DNA of 63,706 nucleotides, counting the filler, from Sphacelaria rigidula (taxonomy: Eukaryota), in NCBI GenBank assembly GCA_964200075.2. It is 8 parts of 8 records of this genome, joined end to end, with 100 filler letters (N's around TTAATTAATTAA, not from the genome) between each part and the next. Parts side by side here need not be neighbours in the genome. Positions count along the whole stretch, not along the records: positions 1 to 7,876 come from CAXNAA020013135.1; positions 7,977 to 15,852 come from CAXNAA020013136.1; 6 more parts are not named here. One strand, written 5' to 3'. Position numbers and translations under genes: made by a program. This document shows positions 1-12,613 of this stretch, in pieces. The first letter of the stretch is position 1. Every line of letters begins with the position of its first letter. The notes beneath the pieces are model-generated. The model was not told the DNA's origin. It saw only the letters and a list, made by a program, of their open reading frames with translations, and did not search any database.

Positions 1-2948
1 CTGAAATGAGTCATGGGGATTCATTCATCATGAGTCAACTTATTATACTAAAACCAAGCAATTCCCTGACGAATCATTATTTGTCCTAACCGTGAAAGTT
101 TGCGCGTTTGTGGAGGACGTGGGCTTGAAACGTGCAACTCCTAACTACTTGGTTTTGTATGGAGACGTCTTTTGGGGTGAATTTGACGTCAAGGCAAGAA
201 AAACTGTGTGAGGTTTTCGAGTTTCTCCACCAAACTTTGTACACGTGTTCCTTGGACTCTCCCGGGATGCATCATTTCATTTTTTTTTTAGGGCATTCTG
301 TACCGCCTTCCGGGGGTCTTCATGCTGGGACATCCGGAAGCCGGTAGAGAACGGAGAAAACATGATATATTGTCAATAATACAATTTTCCCATTTTTCCA
401 ATTTTTCCAATTTCTCCCTTTCGAGTATCAATACCTACGGAATTGCCGAGTTTGAGGACGATCTGAGCTTTTCTACAACAGCTATAGGAGACACCGTCAC
501 GAGGCTCCCTGGGTCTTTCGTGAGTATCATTAGTGGAAATTAGAAGACGCCAACACCCGATATCACCAAAACATCACGGTTTCGGGTATAATTCGACCCC
601 CGTAGTAACCGTTTCAAAAAAATGATTTTCTCGTTAGATTTCTGTGTCGACGACGGTTACTACGATTTGAAGCATGTAGAGAATGGGTGGAAATTGGGCT
701 TGGTATTCGTAATTTCGATCTCGGAACAGATTGAAGGGCACTGATTGGCTGAAACACATTTTCGTCCATAGCGCCACCGCTACGGCCTTAAAACAAAAAT
801 CCGGCTATGTCACCCTCTTCGTCTCTTCATTGCGGTCAGTATGATACCATATATGCGACTATTGGGTGCGTATTACGGAAGGCATTTGCTGATAACACAA
901 TTTTGGGTGATCACCGTGAACCAGATTGTAGTACAACTTCAAATATGGTCTTCACTCAATCAGGATTTTTTTTACAGACGATTTGCCACCTTCACTTGAG
1001 AGTTTGAGGGTCGGTAGGGGTTTGAAAACGAAGGAAGTTGTGCACGGAATACATTCACCAATTTTGGGTTATCGGAACGACATGGAGTAAAACCACGTTT
1101 ATGGAGGAGGTGTTTTTGATCGCATATAGCCCAAAAACACGAATTTTGGGGTTGAGCGCAATGAATATCCCCAATATAGACAAACCGAAGGCATAGGATC
1201 GTTCATTGTAACGGTTCGGGTCGGTTCGGTCGAGCATAAATGTCGAGGAGCAAGAACCGGGGGCTGTACACTCGTACAACCCCCAAAGACCGGTGAGCCC
1301 GTACCTCTTTCAAAGCTGATGGTAGATTATATATTTTTCTCGAGACTTGTGTCGGGTATTCGTGTCTTCCGACTCCCCAAGGTTGGGATCAAACATACCC
1401 GTGATGAGTCGCGGAAATCGAAAAACCTGAAAAATCGTTTTCAATCATGAAGGTTTTGTTCAAAGTTTGACTAATATACTGTCATCGGCAACTATATCTT
1501 CACCTAAAAGACCCTATATGGGCAAGAGGTGAGATGGGGCACAGATGATAAGGAAGTGCCGGCGTTTAAGCCCTCTAAGCAGCCTCAAACTTTGAGTATT
1601 CAAGGGTTGATGTTCAACAGTTTGATGGTAAAATCTCGAGGATATGAAACCCCCATAACTCTGAAAAGGAAAATATACTACATTTAAGGACAAATAACAT
1701 TCAACATAGATTATATAAACAATAAAAAAGTTTGGAGGATGGCTTGCCACCCACAGATAGGCGCTAAATGGACGTGGACGCTTAGCACGAGTTAAAACAT
1801 ATCAGAATTTCAAGCCACTAGGCATGCAAGAGCTTTTTGCCATGCTCAAGGGACGACGGCGCACTTTGCTTCGTTCCTTAATCGTGTTGCTAGCGTGATG
1901 ATCCCTTCTGTCTGCTTGTACGGAGACATGGCAATGTGCTACTGGTCGTGGATCATGGACAAAAACACTGGCGAATGACATACGCGTGGCTGTGGCTTCT
2001 TCAAGGTGGGCGTTGTCGCCATCAGAAACAACTATCTCGATCTCCTCGCAGAAAGTCCACCTGGCGTCCAACGTGGCGTCCGGATGGTCAAGGGATTACT
2101 GCTAACCCTTTGACTGGGAGCCTCGTTTCGGAACAGCAGTTTCGATCACAGTCCCGTGCGTAAGCATAATAAACCGCACGCCTGTTCTACAGATATTGGG
2201 CATGTTCGAATACCTGCGGCAGGGTCCAGGTGACAAGCCGAGTGATCAGGTGGCCAATCAAAAGCAGCACTATATTGCCCTAAAGATTGTCCGCAATTGC
2301 CTACATCGCAGCGCGGCCGTGTTCTTCTCTTGTGTATCGACCACTAGGCTGTTCAAGCACAAAAAAGGAGCTATCCAGGCACACTAATGGACGGAGTGCC
2401 TTTTCGCGTGGTCGTCACCACCCCGCCACCTCTTGGCTGGCAAGATAACTAAGCGTACAGGCGTACAGCGGAGAACACTACAGGTTGGCTCACCCGACAA
2501 ATACAGGGAAATTTCACCACCTATGTTGCCTGTCGATTTGACTCGAACTGGTTGCCAACACCTCAAGAGGGATCACACGAAGAAGTTATCCGTTTACTTG
2601 GGTCCCTAATTTCAAGGCACTCGGAAAATATTTAGATCAAGCCACAGTAAATTCGAGTCAAACGCGATTCCCGGGCCCCGTCCCGTCCCGTCCCGTCATT
2701 TTTTCGCGATGGGAACACATGCGTCACGTCTCGTCCTCACGAGAAAATTGTCGACATTTCTCAAGATAATTCCCGTTGAAATCAACGGGATTTTACCTCA
2801 AGGGAACAGGGAATAGGCGTCCAATCTGACGGGAACTTCCGTATATCTTCGCTCTTGGTTACATGTTTTTAATATTCAGGCTCCGTTCCCTTCCGCAGTC
2901 AATTCTCATCTGTTATACGACCGGATGAACGGCCACGATTATCGTAAC

Positions 2949-3249
2949 CAGGTCTTGTCACGGGACTTCGGGACGGGGCGGGATCGTTCTTTTGTCACTA
3001 TCATGACTCGACTCAACTGCTGTCGTTGGATGTCGTATCTCATAACCGGTGATTGCTTCTTCGTGAACGTGACCAAGCATCACCCCACTAAAGTATGGCC
3101 CCTTCGCGCCTGTTTCGGGGAAGTTAGACACACATTGCTGTGAGGACGGGACACGACGGGACGGTACGGAACCTCAAGACCTGTCGCATCAACTTTCAGG
3201 CTATAGAAAAACAGTCCCGCCCTGTCCCGAAGTCCCGTGACAAGTCCTG
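2949..3249. mobile_element. MITE-like non-autonomous DNA transposon (CAGG...CCTG termini, hAT-like)
   Basis: About 35-bp terminal inverted repeats: caggtcttgtcacgggacttcgggacggggcggga at 2949 versus tcccgccctgtcccgaagtcccgtgacaagtcctg ending at 3249. Related GGGAC/GTCCC motifs lie at about 2670-2830. No clean TSD. Confidence 0.65.
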
Positions 3250-5311
3250 AAAATGACCGAAGAAGCGAACGGTAACCTGATCGAGCAGGGTACTACGGGG
3301 ACGAGTTCACATCACGCAGAGATTATTCACAGAGCATTTCACGGGTCCATGAAAATATGGAAACTCCTCGATGTGCGGCCGCTCTTGCCAGCATCTTTGG
3401 AGTACCCAAGCACAGACGTGTTTAATTTAAATATAGAGCTCTCTCAGAAACGTGCAGGAAGCTCCATTATAGTTCACGAAAATCGGTTCACCAGGGGACG
3501 CGAAACACGAAGACTGGCGGAAAGTATGATGGGCACAGGCGTATCTAGGCAGATCTTCCATTGTTTTGGTCGCGCCATGGCTGCTGAAAGTACGGGTTCT
3601 TATGCACTCCTCAATTAAATAAAATTGAGGAAAGTACACCATGGTCAGTTAACGGTTACCCAAGAGCTATATATATCTGTGTGCGTGTTGTTACATTGCG
3701 AGTGTCAGCGCTCGCAGGGCGTAAGAATGGCGCTGTGTGTATCCTTGCTTCATCTTTCTAGTCGAGCTACTTCGTTGCTACAGCAATACCATGGTTCCTC
3801 GTATGTTCCCGTCCGCCTGTTTGTTCACTCTTCTCGNNNNNNNNNNTCTTCTCGATCTCTCGGAAGATTTGCTACCCTCCCTCAAGTTGCGCAAAACGAC
3901 TGCCAGAAATACGATTGATACTGAAATAATTTCTGGGCCCATCATCGATCGCCAGGGTTCATTGGGCAAACGACAGATGCAGGTATCCCTGGACACTTTT
4001 GCGCCAGATTCAGGTACAGTGTGTGCCGCTAGTATGAAATACCGAGATTTCCGGTCACGTGATTACCGAAACCGCCCCTCACTCCGTGCTATTTTATCGC
4101 CTACTGTTCCCCCGCTTGGATGGGTTGGTTACCTTCGGTCCTGTTGTAGTTTTTGTGTGTACGACTATTCCAGCGTGTTGGCGTGCATGACACTTCCCTC
4201 TGGCAACCATTGCACCCAATTCTGTTTCTCAATGCACCGGTTGCCCGTCGCGAGCAAACCCGGCAGCCGAACCTATGCACGCAAAAGTCAAACCTCGTTT
4301 GGAGATTGAGTCATATGTGGTATTTTCGGACGAATGCGCCTTCGGAAAGAGCTGAAATGTGGAATTTCAGCTCATTGAAACCCGCATTATTCAGGTACAA
4401 TATCCGCCACGTTGAAGCATTTTCCAAAATCCAGGTGTGGGTTCGAGAAAATAGACGAAAAACTCACAAACACCTGTCGCGTTTTCCGCCACATACAGGT
4501 GCCGGGCGGTTTCGGCCAATCAGGTGGCTGGAAATGTCGGCACTATAGTCAAGCAGCACATGCTGTACGTACTTGGATCGGTTTGTTTGCCCCTCTTGTT
4601 CTAAGCGTTTTTTTTTTTCAGCATTACACATGAAGAAATGATCTCAGGTGATACCGTGGGTGTGACATTCCGATATATCGGGTGATATTCTGATATATCA
4701 GCATATGAAATCTGCCCAAATGTGAAGCCTGATATGAACCCCCACTAGACGCGTTCGCTATATTCTTGGACTTGAAAACACACTATTTGAAAGTTAGGTC
4801 GGTGCTGCCTGAGCTCAGCCCCTGCATAGCGCAGTTACAGCAGCACCGCACCTCATGTCATGTAATCTATAACAAGATATATCTCTACTAGAGGGCGGAA
4901 AGAGTACTCACGGTGGGATGGAGCAACGGACGGGGTTATGACCAGCGATTTCTGATCGCACTGTGATCAATCAACCATGACCGAACCCCGCACTCTGAGG
5001 GGCAGCCTATGGCGAAATTGAAGGTCTTCCTTCACCATAGTTGGCAGCAACACTGTTCTTGTACAAGTAGCCGGTCGAAGTCGTCCGCACCGTTTTGCCT
5101 TTTCGTACAAGCATACAAGTTTGAACTGCAAGTGTCCGCGTGCACTACAAGATACGCGGTGCTGTCTATGCAGAGCAAGAACGTTACCTTTTGCCGTGAG
5201 GTTTTGTCAAGAGGTTAGACGGTTTTATATAGATACGGTACAATACAGCAAGAAAATAATTGCGACGGCGTCACAAGGCACGCCGAATGCATTCCACAAG
5301 TCATACCGCAC

Positions 5312-5539
5312 CTTTCCCGCCAATAAGAACGGCACACTCCCACTCAATCCAAGTGGGATTCCTTGCAAAGTGTACAGCAACAGTAGAAGGGAGATGCTCG
5401 GAAGATCTTGGATAAGAGAAGAAGGGGTTCTTGCACCTGCACCATATCCAGTGCCATGTCCGTTTTGCCCGTAACTCTCGATATCCGCATCCTCATTTCC
5501 TTGGTTTCGTTTTGCCATCCCTGTCTGCCGTTCAGCCAT
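5312..5539 (-). CDS. SLC33A1: Acetyl-CoA transporter (AT-1/SLC33A1 family, MFS), exon 1 only
   Basis: ATG at 5539. Encodes ...DLPSISLLLLLYTLQGIPLGLSGSVPFLLAGK, containing the LLYxLQGIPLGL first-TM motif of AT-1. Ends at a phase-0 GT donor (AAG|gtgcgg); 228 nt. Later exons were not found in this contig. Confidence 0.8.
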
Positions 5540-6393
5540 GCCCTGCTCACCGATATGGCAATGCGGTAGTGGGCGCCAACTCAGCAGAGTACCGTACCGT
5601 ATACACGGCTTCGGGCAGAATGCGCAAGCGTTTTGTCTGTACTAGAGGTGAACGAGTATCGTACAACAGTGCTGTTGTACTCGCCGCTCAGCTATTATAG
5701 ACGGCTGTACCGTATTCTATAAGGACTATGGTGGTGTAATGTACTCACTCACTATATCATCGTATAATAGTACTGTACATATACGACAGGGGAGTACCGC
5801 TGTCGTTCCCCGCATCTTTCGGTTCTCCGCCAAACATACAGCATAGTCCTATATTTTGTCTTGATTGAGTCAAGTCTCCCACACCTTGATTGGTCTGCGC
5901 CTCCTGGACTTTGGCATCCCCTCACAGTACCGTGGTCACCAGGATTGCCAGCCCGACTCCGATACAGTATCACAGCAGAAACCGTGGGTGACGGGGTATA
6001 GCACCCCCTTACCATCAATGACGTGGTATATCACCCCCCCTGTCACCCGCTCGAAAGTTCGTAAATACTGTACATGGCCTCATTTTATTCGTAAACTCTG
6101 CGCCGACAGTTTGGAAGGAAATTATAGGAATCTAGTGGTGATCATGTATACTGTATATAGATATATGATAATTATGACGATATAGTCATCACCATAGGTC
6201 GAAATACTTCATCGTCAATTAAAGACTTGCACGGGGTGGCAGATGATTTTCTGTTATTGATTTTTGTTTTTTTCATGGAGGCGGATGGAGGATACCTGTA
6301 TTAGCCGCAAATGCCTCATCACTTCATCACTTGGAGTGTTTTTCTCCGTGGAATTTTCATTGGAATTTTGATGAGGGAAAGTGTGTGCATTTT

Positions 6394-6755
6394 GCACCGG
6401 TGGCTCAGTTGGTAACCTCGTAACCTTCTGTGGGTTGGGTCGTCGGTTCGGATCTCCGTGAACTCACACGACCTGGGATTCTTTCTCGCACCATGCCCAA
6501 CAACAGTAGAGAACGACTCAGCCGTGGGTTCACAAAATTCGACGTCACGGTCGACGAGGGAAAGGGACCGCTGAACCCCTCTCGCGATAAAATATAAGGG
6601 AAGCAGGGCACAAGGAAGAAGAGTACTACAACAGAAAAGGGAAGAAGAAACTCCTGTGTCGCCCTTCCTCCTGTGTGACCCCGACTGTTGCGCTCACATA
6701 TACCGGAAGGTGTAGACTGGCGTCCAGAATAGAGGAGACGATGATTACACACACG
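6394..6755 (+). mobile_element. tRNA-derived SINE (apparently full length)
   Basis: Pol III A box TGGCTCAGTTGG at 6401-6412 and B-box-like GGTTCGGATCT at 6445-6455. The 3' part recurs in reverse orientation at about 39595-39780 and 62998-63115. Ends in an (AC)n-like tail. Confidence 0.7.
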
Positions 6756-7139
6756 CGCGCGCGCGCAGCAGCAGCAGCAGCAGCAGCAGCTTTAAGCACT
6801 CGCTATTATGGTATAGAGTGCATGCATTTGTTGTGCAGTGAGCAGTACAGCGTCAAGCATGATGGATTTCGTCACGGGCTCGAAAACTGCTGGTTTATTA
6901 TGTAGATTGTCAACAAGACGTCGGGACACATGGAATGGTAAACCCTAACCTGAACAAAGCTATCGTCTTGTCATTTGTCGGTCGGGTTTGAGGTGTCAAG
7001 AGTATGCGTGTCGCTCGCTCAATTCATGCGCGCAGAAGATATGGCACAGGGATCGTGGAAAACGACATATTTTGTGAGAGTAATGTTAATTATTGAAAAT
7101 GGAGGTACAACTCCGACATCAAAGGGAACACTACGAACC

Positions 7140-7433
7140 ATGGACCTTGACTTGTTCGGCGCTTTCGATGGAGCAGAGAAGGCTAGCGATGTCACAGAGG
7201 CTAAGGGTGAATCGATCCCTAATGTAAAGGCTGGAAAACGGAAAGTTTCTAACCACATTGCAGCAGACACAACCAGTAAAAGGCAGGCCGTGTCTGGTAC
7301 AGAAGGCGCCGTGGCTGTGAGCAAGTCCGGCGATCGAGCTCCAGCTTCCACTACGGAGACCGAGAGCCCTGTGACACTGGTAGAAGGGGAAGAGTCGTCG
7401 ACCCAACGCGAAGATGGCACACTCGTCAAGTCG
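7140..7433 (+). CDS. Exon 1 of a protein-coding gene, probably an MTR4/SKIV2L2-like exosome RNA helicase
   Basis: ATG at 7140, MDLDLFGAFDG..., 98 codons ending at TCG|gtgagg. The N-terminal 'DLFxxF' followed by a low-complexity KR-containing tract resembles the start of Mtr4 proteins. No helicase motif is present in the window, so the identity is tentative. Confidence 0.5.
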
Positions 7434-7876
7434 GTGAGGTGTCGTAACAACAAAGCTTGAAAATTGCGATGGAGTTGAACAGCAAGGCGAAAGTGAGGTG
7501 TAGGGAGCAGCGCAATATTTTTACTGCGCCGTCTCTTCACTGTAATGCAGTCAGTATGTACAACTACACAGCACTGACTGCTGACCGTAGAACTACGCTG
7601 TTGTTCGGACTCATGTAGGGTACAGTGCAGCCCAGGTATCGAACAGTATAGTCAGTGCTCCTCGTCTCTGTGTCGCTCTTGCACCACGAGTACCACTCTG
7701 CGCGTGGCCGGAACGAACTTCATTATGCATAAAGATGAACATGAGTATACATCCGGGTCCGAGCCCCGGCATTGCTGTTTTTTTTTCTCGTCTTCCTTTC
7801 CCCTACCACACACACCATTAAAAATAAATAAAAAAAAAAAAAAAAAATAAAAAAAAAAAAAATACAAAAAAAAAAA

Positions 7877-7976
7877 NNNNNNNNNNNNNNNNNNNNNNNN
7901 NNNNNNNNNNNNNNNNNNNNTTAATTAATTAANNNNNNNNNNNNNNNNNNNNNNNNNNNNNNNNNNNNNNNNNNNN
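7877..7976. other. Artificial contig linker (44N-TTAATTAATTAA-44N); same linker at 15853-15952, 23829-23928, 31805-31904, 39781-39880, 47757-47856, 55732-55831
   Basis: Identical 100-bp six-frame-stop spacer seven times, separating segments of 7876 or 7875 bp. Confidence 0.97.
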
Positions 7977-8848
7977 TTTCAAGATCAGGGTCCAAAAAAA
8001 TCGGGATTCGTTTGCCATAAAAGTGGGTCTAATATTTGGAAGAAACGTTATGAGTTATGGAAAAAGCGTAATGAGCGCCGGAATGTTGGAGGTGTCTCTA
8101 TTAGGAGTAGGAATGGTGCTTCGTCTCGAAAGGGATTCGTGGTCAATGGTCACACGACAAGGGCAAGCAACAAATGAGTACGCCCCCCCCGCGCCCCTTG
8201 TCACCGTTTCGTCATCATCATATCAGAGACAATCGCAGTGCTGGCAACCACGGTCGGCTATCTCGTGAAGGAGCGATATGGCAGGGCCAACCCTTCTTTA
8301 AGAGAGGACGATCTCGCGTGGAGACGTGACCTGCCCACCTTGCGCCATGCGGAGCTCAGCCACCTCGTATCCTTGGTTCGGGTCGGGGTACAACGGCCCG
8401 GAAAAGGGTTAGTCATCCATGATACGTGGAACAATTGTTGGCGCCACGATGTTCATCTGCTTTGAAGTTGACTGGGTCTTGGTGACGGAAACAGAGTTGC
8501 GAGGTGTCGTTGGTGTCGTAACAGATGACTCACCGTATGCCTGCCAAAGGCGCGCATTTGCGTAAACACGATAATGCACGTAACATACATGCATACGCAG
8601 GCTGCACTGTTTCAGCTTGCTTGGCCGTGTTGTCTGTCGAGAACGTACAAGTATAACAACTGAACTCTTGACAGCGTCATACGACAATGATGATGAAGCT
8701 CATGTTAGTTCACATGTCTATGAGGCTTGACCTCTTTGTATGTTGAGAAGATGCTTTCCTTGCACCTGGTACTCGTCATGCTTCTGTACGTGTTAAAACC
8801 AACCTTTCACGTTCGCCTCTTTCATCGCCATCTCCCCCCGTGTGACAG

Positions 8849-11800
8849 ATACTACCTGTCCAAGTCTTGGGCTGGAAATTTGAGGCGTTATGTGGAGGCC
8901 GAAGCCAGGAGACGCAGACACTCCCCCACGTCGGCGGGCGGGTTGTCGGCTGGTAAGGGACGCCGCAGGGGTCGCGAACGCGCCGAGAGCAACCTGATGC
9001 CTCCTTGGGAAGACGTTAACGTCGATATCTTGTGTCAGCACGGCGGCCTTGCCCACACGTCGCAAGCATCTAGGGGCAAGGTATGTCACTCATATTGAAA
9101 CCGACACTGTTTCCCCCCTGTTGATATGGTTTATGGACCGAGCGGTATTGTTGTCAAGATTGTTCATGCTTTGGATTTCGGTATTTGGCAAGAGCCACGC
9201 ATGCTTGAATGTTTGGAACACAGCCCCGCTCGCTGGCCCCATCTACCCCTTTCGCCCGCTGGGCTTGTGATTTTCTTGGCGAGTGTGGCAAGTTTTGGCT
9301 GTTGATGCTCCCTGCGTTTCATGTGGTGATTGAAGATTGCTTTGTCAGTTTTAGTGCTCAACTCCGTAGGCCTCGATGTAAAGAATTTCAATGACAGCTT
9401 CATTTGGCGCAGCGGCCAACACTTCAGACCGACGGCTGCGTCCCGTCGGCGAGATTATCTGAGTGTTGAAGAAGATTGTAAGGAATATGCCAGCCTCGTG
9501 TGTGTTTAGCTGGGAGGAGACGATGTGAATGATTCGTAGTGCATCGCGCAGCAGCAGTGCTGCACGGGTGTTCCGTTAAAGTTCATGACGCCTACCGCCG
9601 ACGTTTTGAGTGACATAGTGCAAAATTATTGCAATGTCGCCTTGCCCATTGGTTGGAAGCTTTGTGCCTCATGTACCAATGTGTCTACCCGTTGTCCACG
9701 GTTGATGAACCCCTCCCCTCCTAACCTGGCCTTATCCTGCTTACAACCTTCCTTAGCCAGTGTAACGGACGCGGCGCGCCGGGTGTAACGCTTCGAAGTT
9801 TCTCATCTCCCCGAAAACTATACATCCACAGGACCTCACGACGTGCACAAGCACTCAGGGACGAAGTCACCGTATTGCGATAAAGTTTCCGCCATGAACA
9901 CAAAAGTAATACTCATGGAATAGTTGATGACTACATGGTTTCCTAACGAGTGGAACGTGGGAATCACTTGATATTGGTATAGTAGATCGAACTTGCAACA
10001 AGTGAAGTTGACCGCACTATGGTGGAACCCCCCCCACTGTATTATTGTTAATCTCAAACATGTGTACATGTGCTTGCTTTTGTGGGCACCAAAAACGAAC
10101 CGGTCAACAGCGGCAGGTCGTGGATAAGCGCGTGTGGCGCGAGCTGGTGTCGTTCTTCCCCTCGGCGGTGCCTTTCCGCGCGGGGAGCGCGGAGTGCCTG
10201 CAGTGTCAAGGAGAGTCCACTAACTCCTACAAGAAGGAGCAGGAGGTGAAGAGGCAGCGGGAGCACGAGATTGCTTTGCCTGCCCTGAAGGCGTTATACG
10301 GTCGCAAGAACGGGGTAAGTGTTGAGGCTCGGGTGTGGTGGGTGACTGTTGGGGAAATGGTTAGTGCAGAGATGTTGGCATAAATCGTCGAACGGGCCTG
10401 CAACGTTGCGTAATGAGGTAGGTGTCGTAGAAAAGAGCGCAGTGATGTAGAGATGCTTTACGTGTTCTTCCCCAAGGCTTTAATTTCGACAAATTGGCAG
10501 ATAGTAGTGCGATAGATGAAAACGCATTAGACAGTATTTTGGTCGCTCTCTCCATCGTTGCGTGTAACTGTGGTTGGTGGATGGTTTACCGTCCTTGGAG
10601 GTGGCACCCGAGGACTATAATTTCGTTCATCGGATCTCCAAGTACCTGTGCTGTACAGTAGCATATATGTCTTCGTTGTCATATGTAGCTCGTATGGTGC
10701 ATAGGATGTGTACAGGTGGGGAAGTGGACTTGACTCGCTTTTGGTGGTACAAGTGGAAAGGGACATGCTAAGCAACAGGGTTTACATGCTAAGCAACGAC
10801 GCGGTTCGATTTTGTTTGTGTCTATTGCGTGATGAACGTAGGTGCCATCCTCTGCCTTGCCGGCGCCGATGACGGCCGCTGCAGGGGGAGGCATCTCGCC
10901 GCTTCGGATGTGCCCGCTGCTACCGGGCATATACCACCTGCTTCCACGCTGCTGGCTGAATGCGTAAGTTCCGCTCTTGTCTTCGTTTTCTACATGTGTT
11001 TATGTCACGTTTTATGCGCTGAAGTCGCTGCGTTTCTTCTTCAGTTGCGAACACTTGCCCAAGTTGAGCAGATTCGTGGTCTCCAGGGGTTAACCGATTT
11101 CCCTGACACATCCCAGACGGGTGTAGTTCTCTCCTGACATGCGTAACGTTGTTCTACACTTCCTGTTGATTCATCCCGCGGACGGTGGAGTTCTCCCTCT
11201 GCCCCCCAAACCTACTTCCACCCAGGTGATATCGCAGATTGAATGATAACCCCTGCGCCGCCTCCACTGTAGTCGACCTCTTTTATCGCCACTAATGTCT
11301 GACGTTTCCAACGACAGAAACCAAATTGTGCAGAAGCAAAGCTCGATCTGTCTCGATTCGAACATGCAACCTTCCGCACCGGCTGTTGTCAACAGGGGAT
11401 TCCTAAAAAATGGAATTATCTTTTTTCGGCGGTGTTCGGAATTGTGGGAGATGATACCGATCGAAGGCGCCTCCGAGAGATACCGTTTCCCACAATTCCG
11501 AACGCCATCGAAGAAATGTCGGTCCCACGTTGAAATCCCCCGTCTTTTGCACCGTTCGTAAAATTTTTCGCTGTCTTTCCCGATATGCCCGGCTCAACGG
11601 ATCGTCAGCCTGTGTTCATTCGAGACTGCGCTTGCTTGGCCGTACTGAAGCTCGGCACATGCCTTGCTCTTGTACTGTTGATCCCGAAAGAATCGGCGAC
11701 CTTCAAATCGTTGGCGCATCCTGGTAGCTGTGATACCATCACTCGGCTGCTGCTGGTTTATCTTACCTTGCACACTCAGCCGTGTATGCTGTATGAGATG

Positions 11801-12613
11801 ACGCGCTCTGTCTCCATCATCTTGCTGCTCACGATGAACCCACCGTCCTTCGCCGCCTGTGCTCATATCCTGGATTTGTTGCTGTCCTTCATAGCTTCCG
11901 CACTTGCGGTCGACGCCCTTTTCCCTGTTGAACGCAGTCCTTTCATCGTGTTTACCGCCTGTCAAACGTCCAACTTATCCCGTCACTGTCAGATGGCGTG
12001 CCTATGTCAGAGACGCCCGCGCTCCTAAACCCCGTCCCCTAGACACTGGCCTATTGCTGTGCGAGGGCCACGGGCTACTGCTTGCACCGCCGCACGTGGA
12101 GGAGTTTCTGTGCGGACAGAGGCGTGCTCTGCTGGGAGGGTTGGACCCCGACCGCAGCGGGTGTGTTTGTGAAGTAGTCACGCCAGAGGAGTGGGATGCT
12201 CTGACGCTGGTGAGTGAGAAACGGTTGATGTAGGCGCGTGAACGATGTCCCTGGGACAGCTAGATTGCTGGTAGGTGTAGAGATTAGGAGGTACAAGTTA
12301 GAGTGTGTTTTTCTTCTTGGCTGCTCTGGGGAGGAAACGATCGGCGGCATCATACTGGCAGCGGAATGCTGGCCCGACGGCGCGAACAACGCGGCTTTTG
12401 TCGCGGAAACATGCTCTCAAATCGCTACCCTACTTCATGTTTTCTCATCTCATCTCGTGTCGCCAGCTCCACCCCTGCGACTTCAGCGTGCGCTTCTGCG
12501 TTCAGCCTGACAACGGAGACGTGAATTTTAATCTAAAAAAATGCAAGAGCTGCGACCCCTGCTACATCGGCGAGCTTTACATGCGTTCGGTCTCCCGTAA
12601 GCTCAGCATCTAG
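8849..12613 (+). CDS. USP48/UBP26-like DUSP-domain protein, 3' part; exons 8849-9080, 10111-10314, 10842-10963, 11993-12209, 12467-12613
   Basis: Five phase-compatible GT-AG exons: YYLSKSW...DVNVDILCQHGGL...RQVVDKRVWRELVSFFPSAVPF..ECLQC...YHLLPRCWLNAWRAYVRD...LDTGLLLCEGHG...EVVTPEEWDALT...CKSC..*. This parallels the tandem DUSP region of USP48 as recalled (NEDILCPHG / AWSKLQQYFP / EEWRKFVR / LLCPHG / WPSEW). Confidence 0.8.

Noticed and set aside
1802..2071. Possible Helitron Rep fragment (LEEATATRM)
   Set aside because: The resemblance is too short and no Rep or helicase motifs are nearby.
6394..6470. tRNA gene
   Set aside because: It has A and B boxes but no convincing cloverleaf or poly-T terminator, and it continues into a body that is repeated elsewhere. 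Treated as a SINE head.
7690..7876. Second SINE (B-box-like gggtccgagccc plus poly-A)
   Set aside because: No clear A box, no second copy in the window, and it is cut by the contig end.
7921..7932. Regularly spaced TTAATTAATTAA motif as a biological signal
   Set aside because: It is always embedded in 44-N runs at fixed spacing: an artificial six-frame stop linker.
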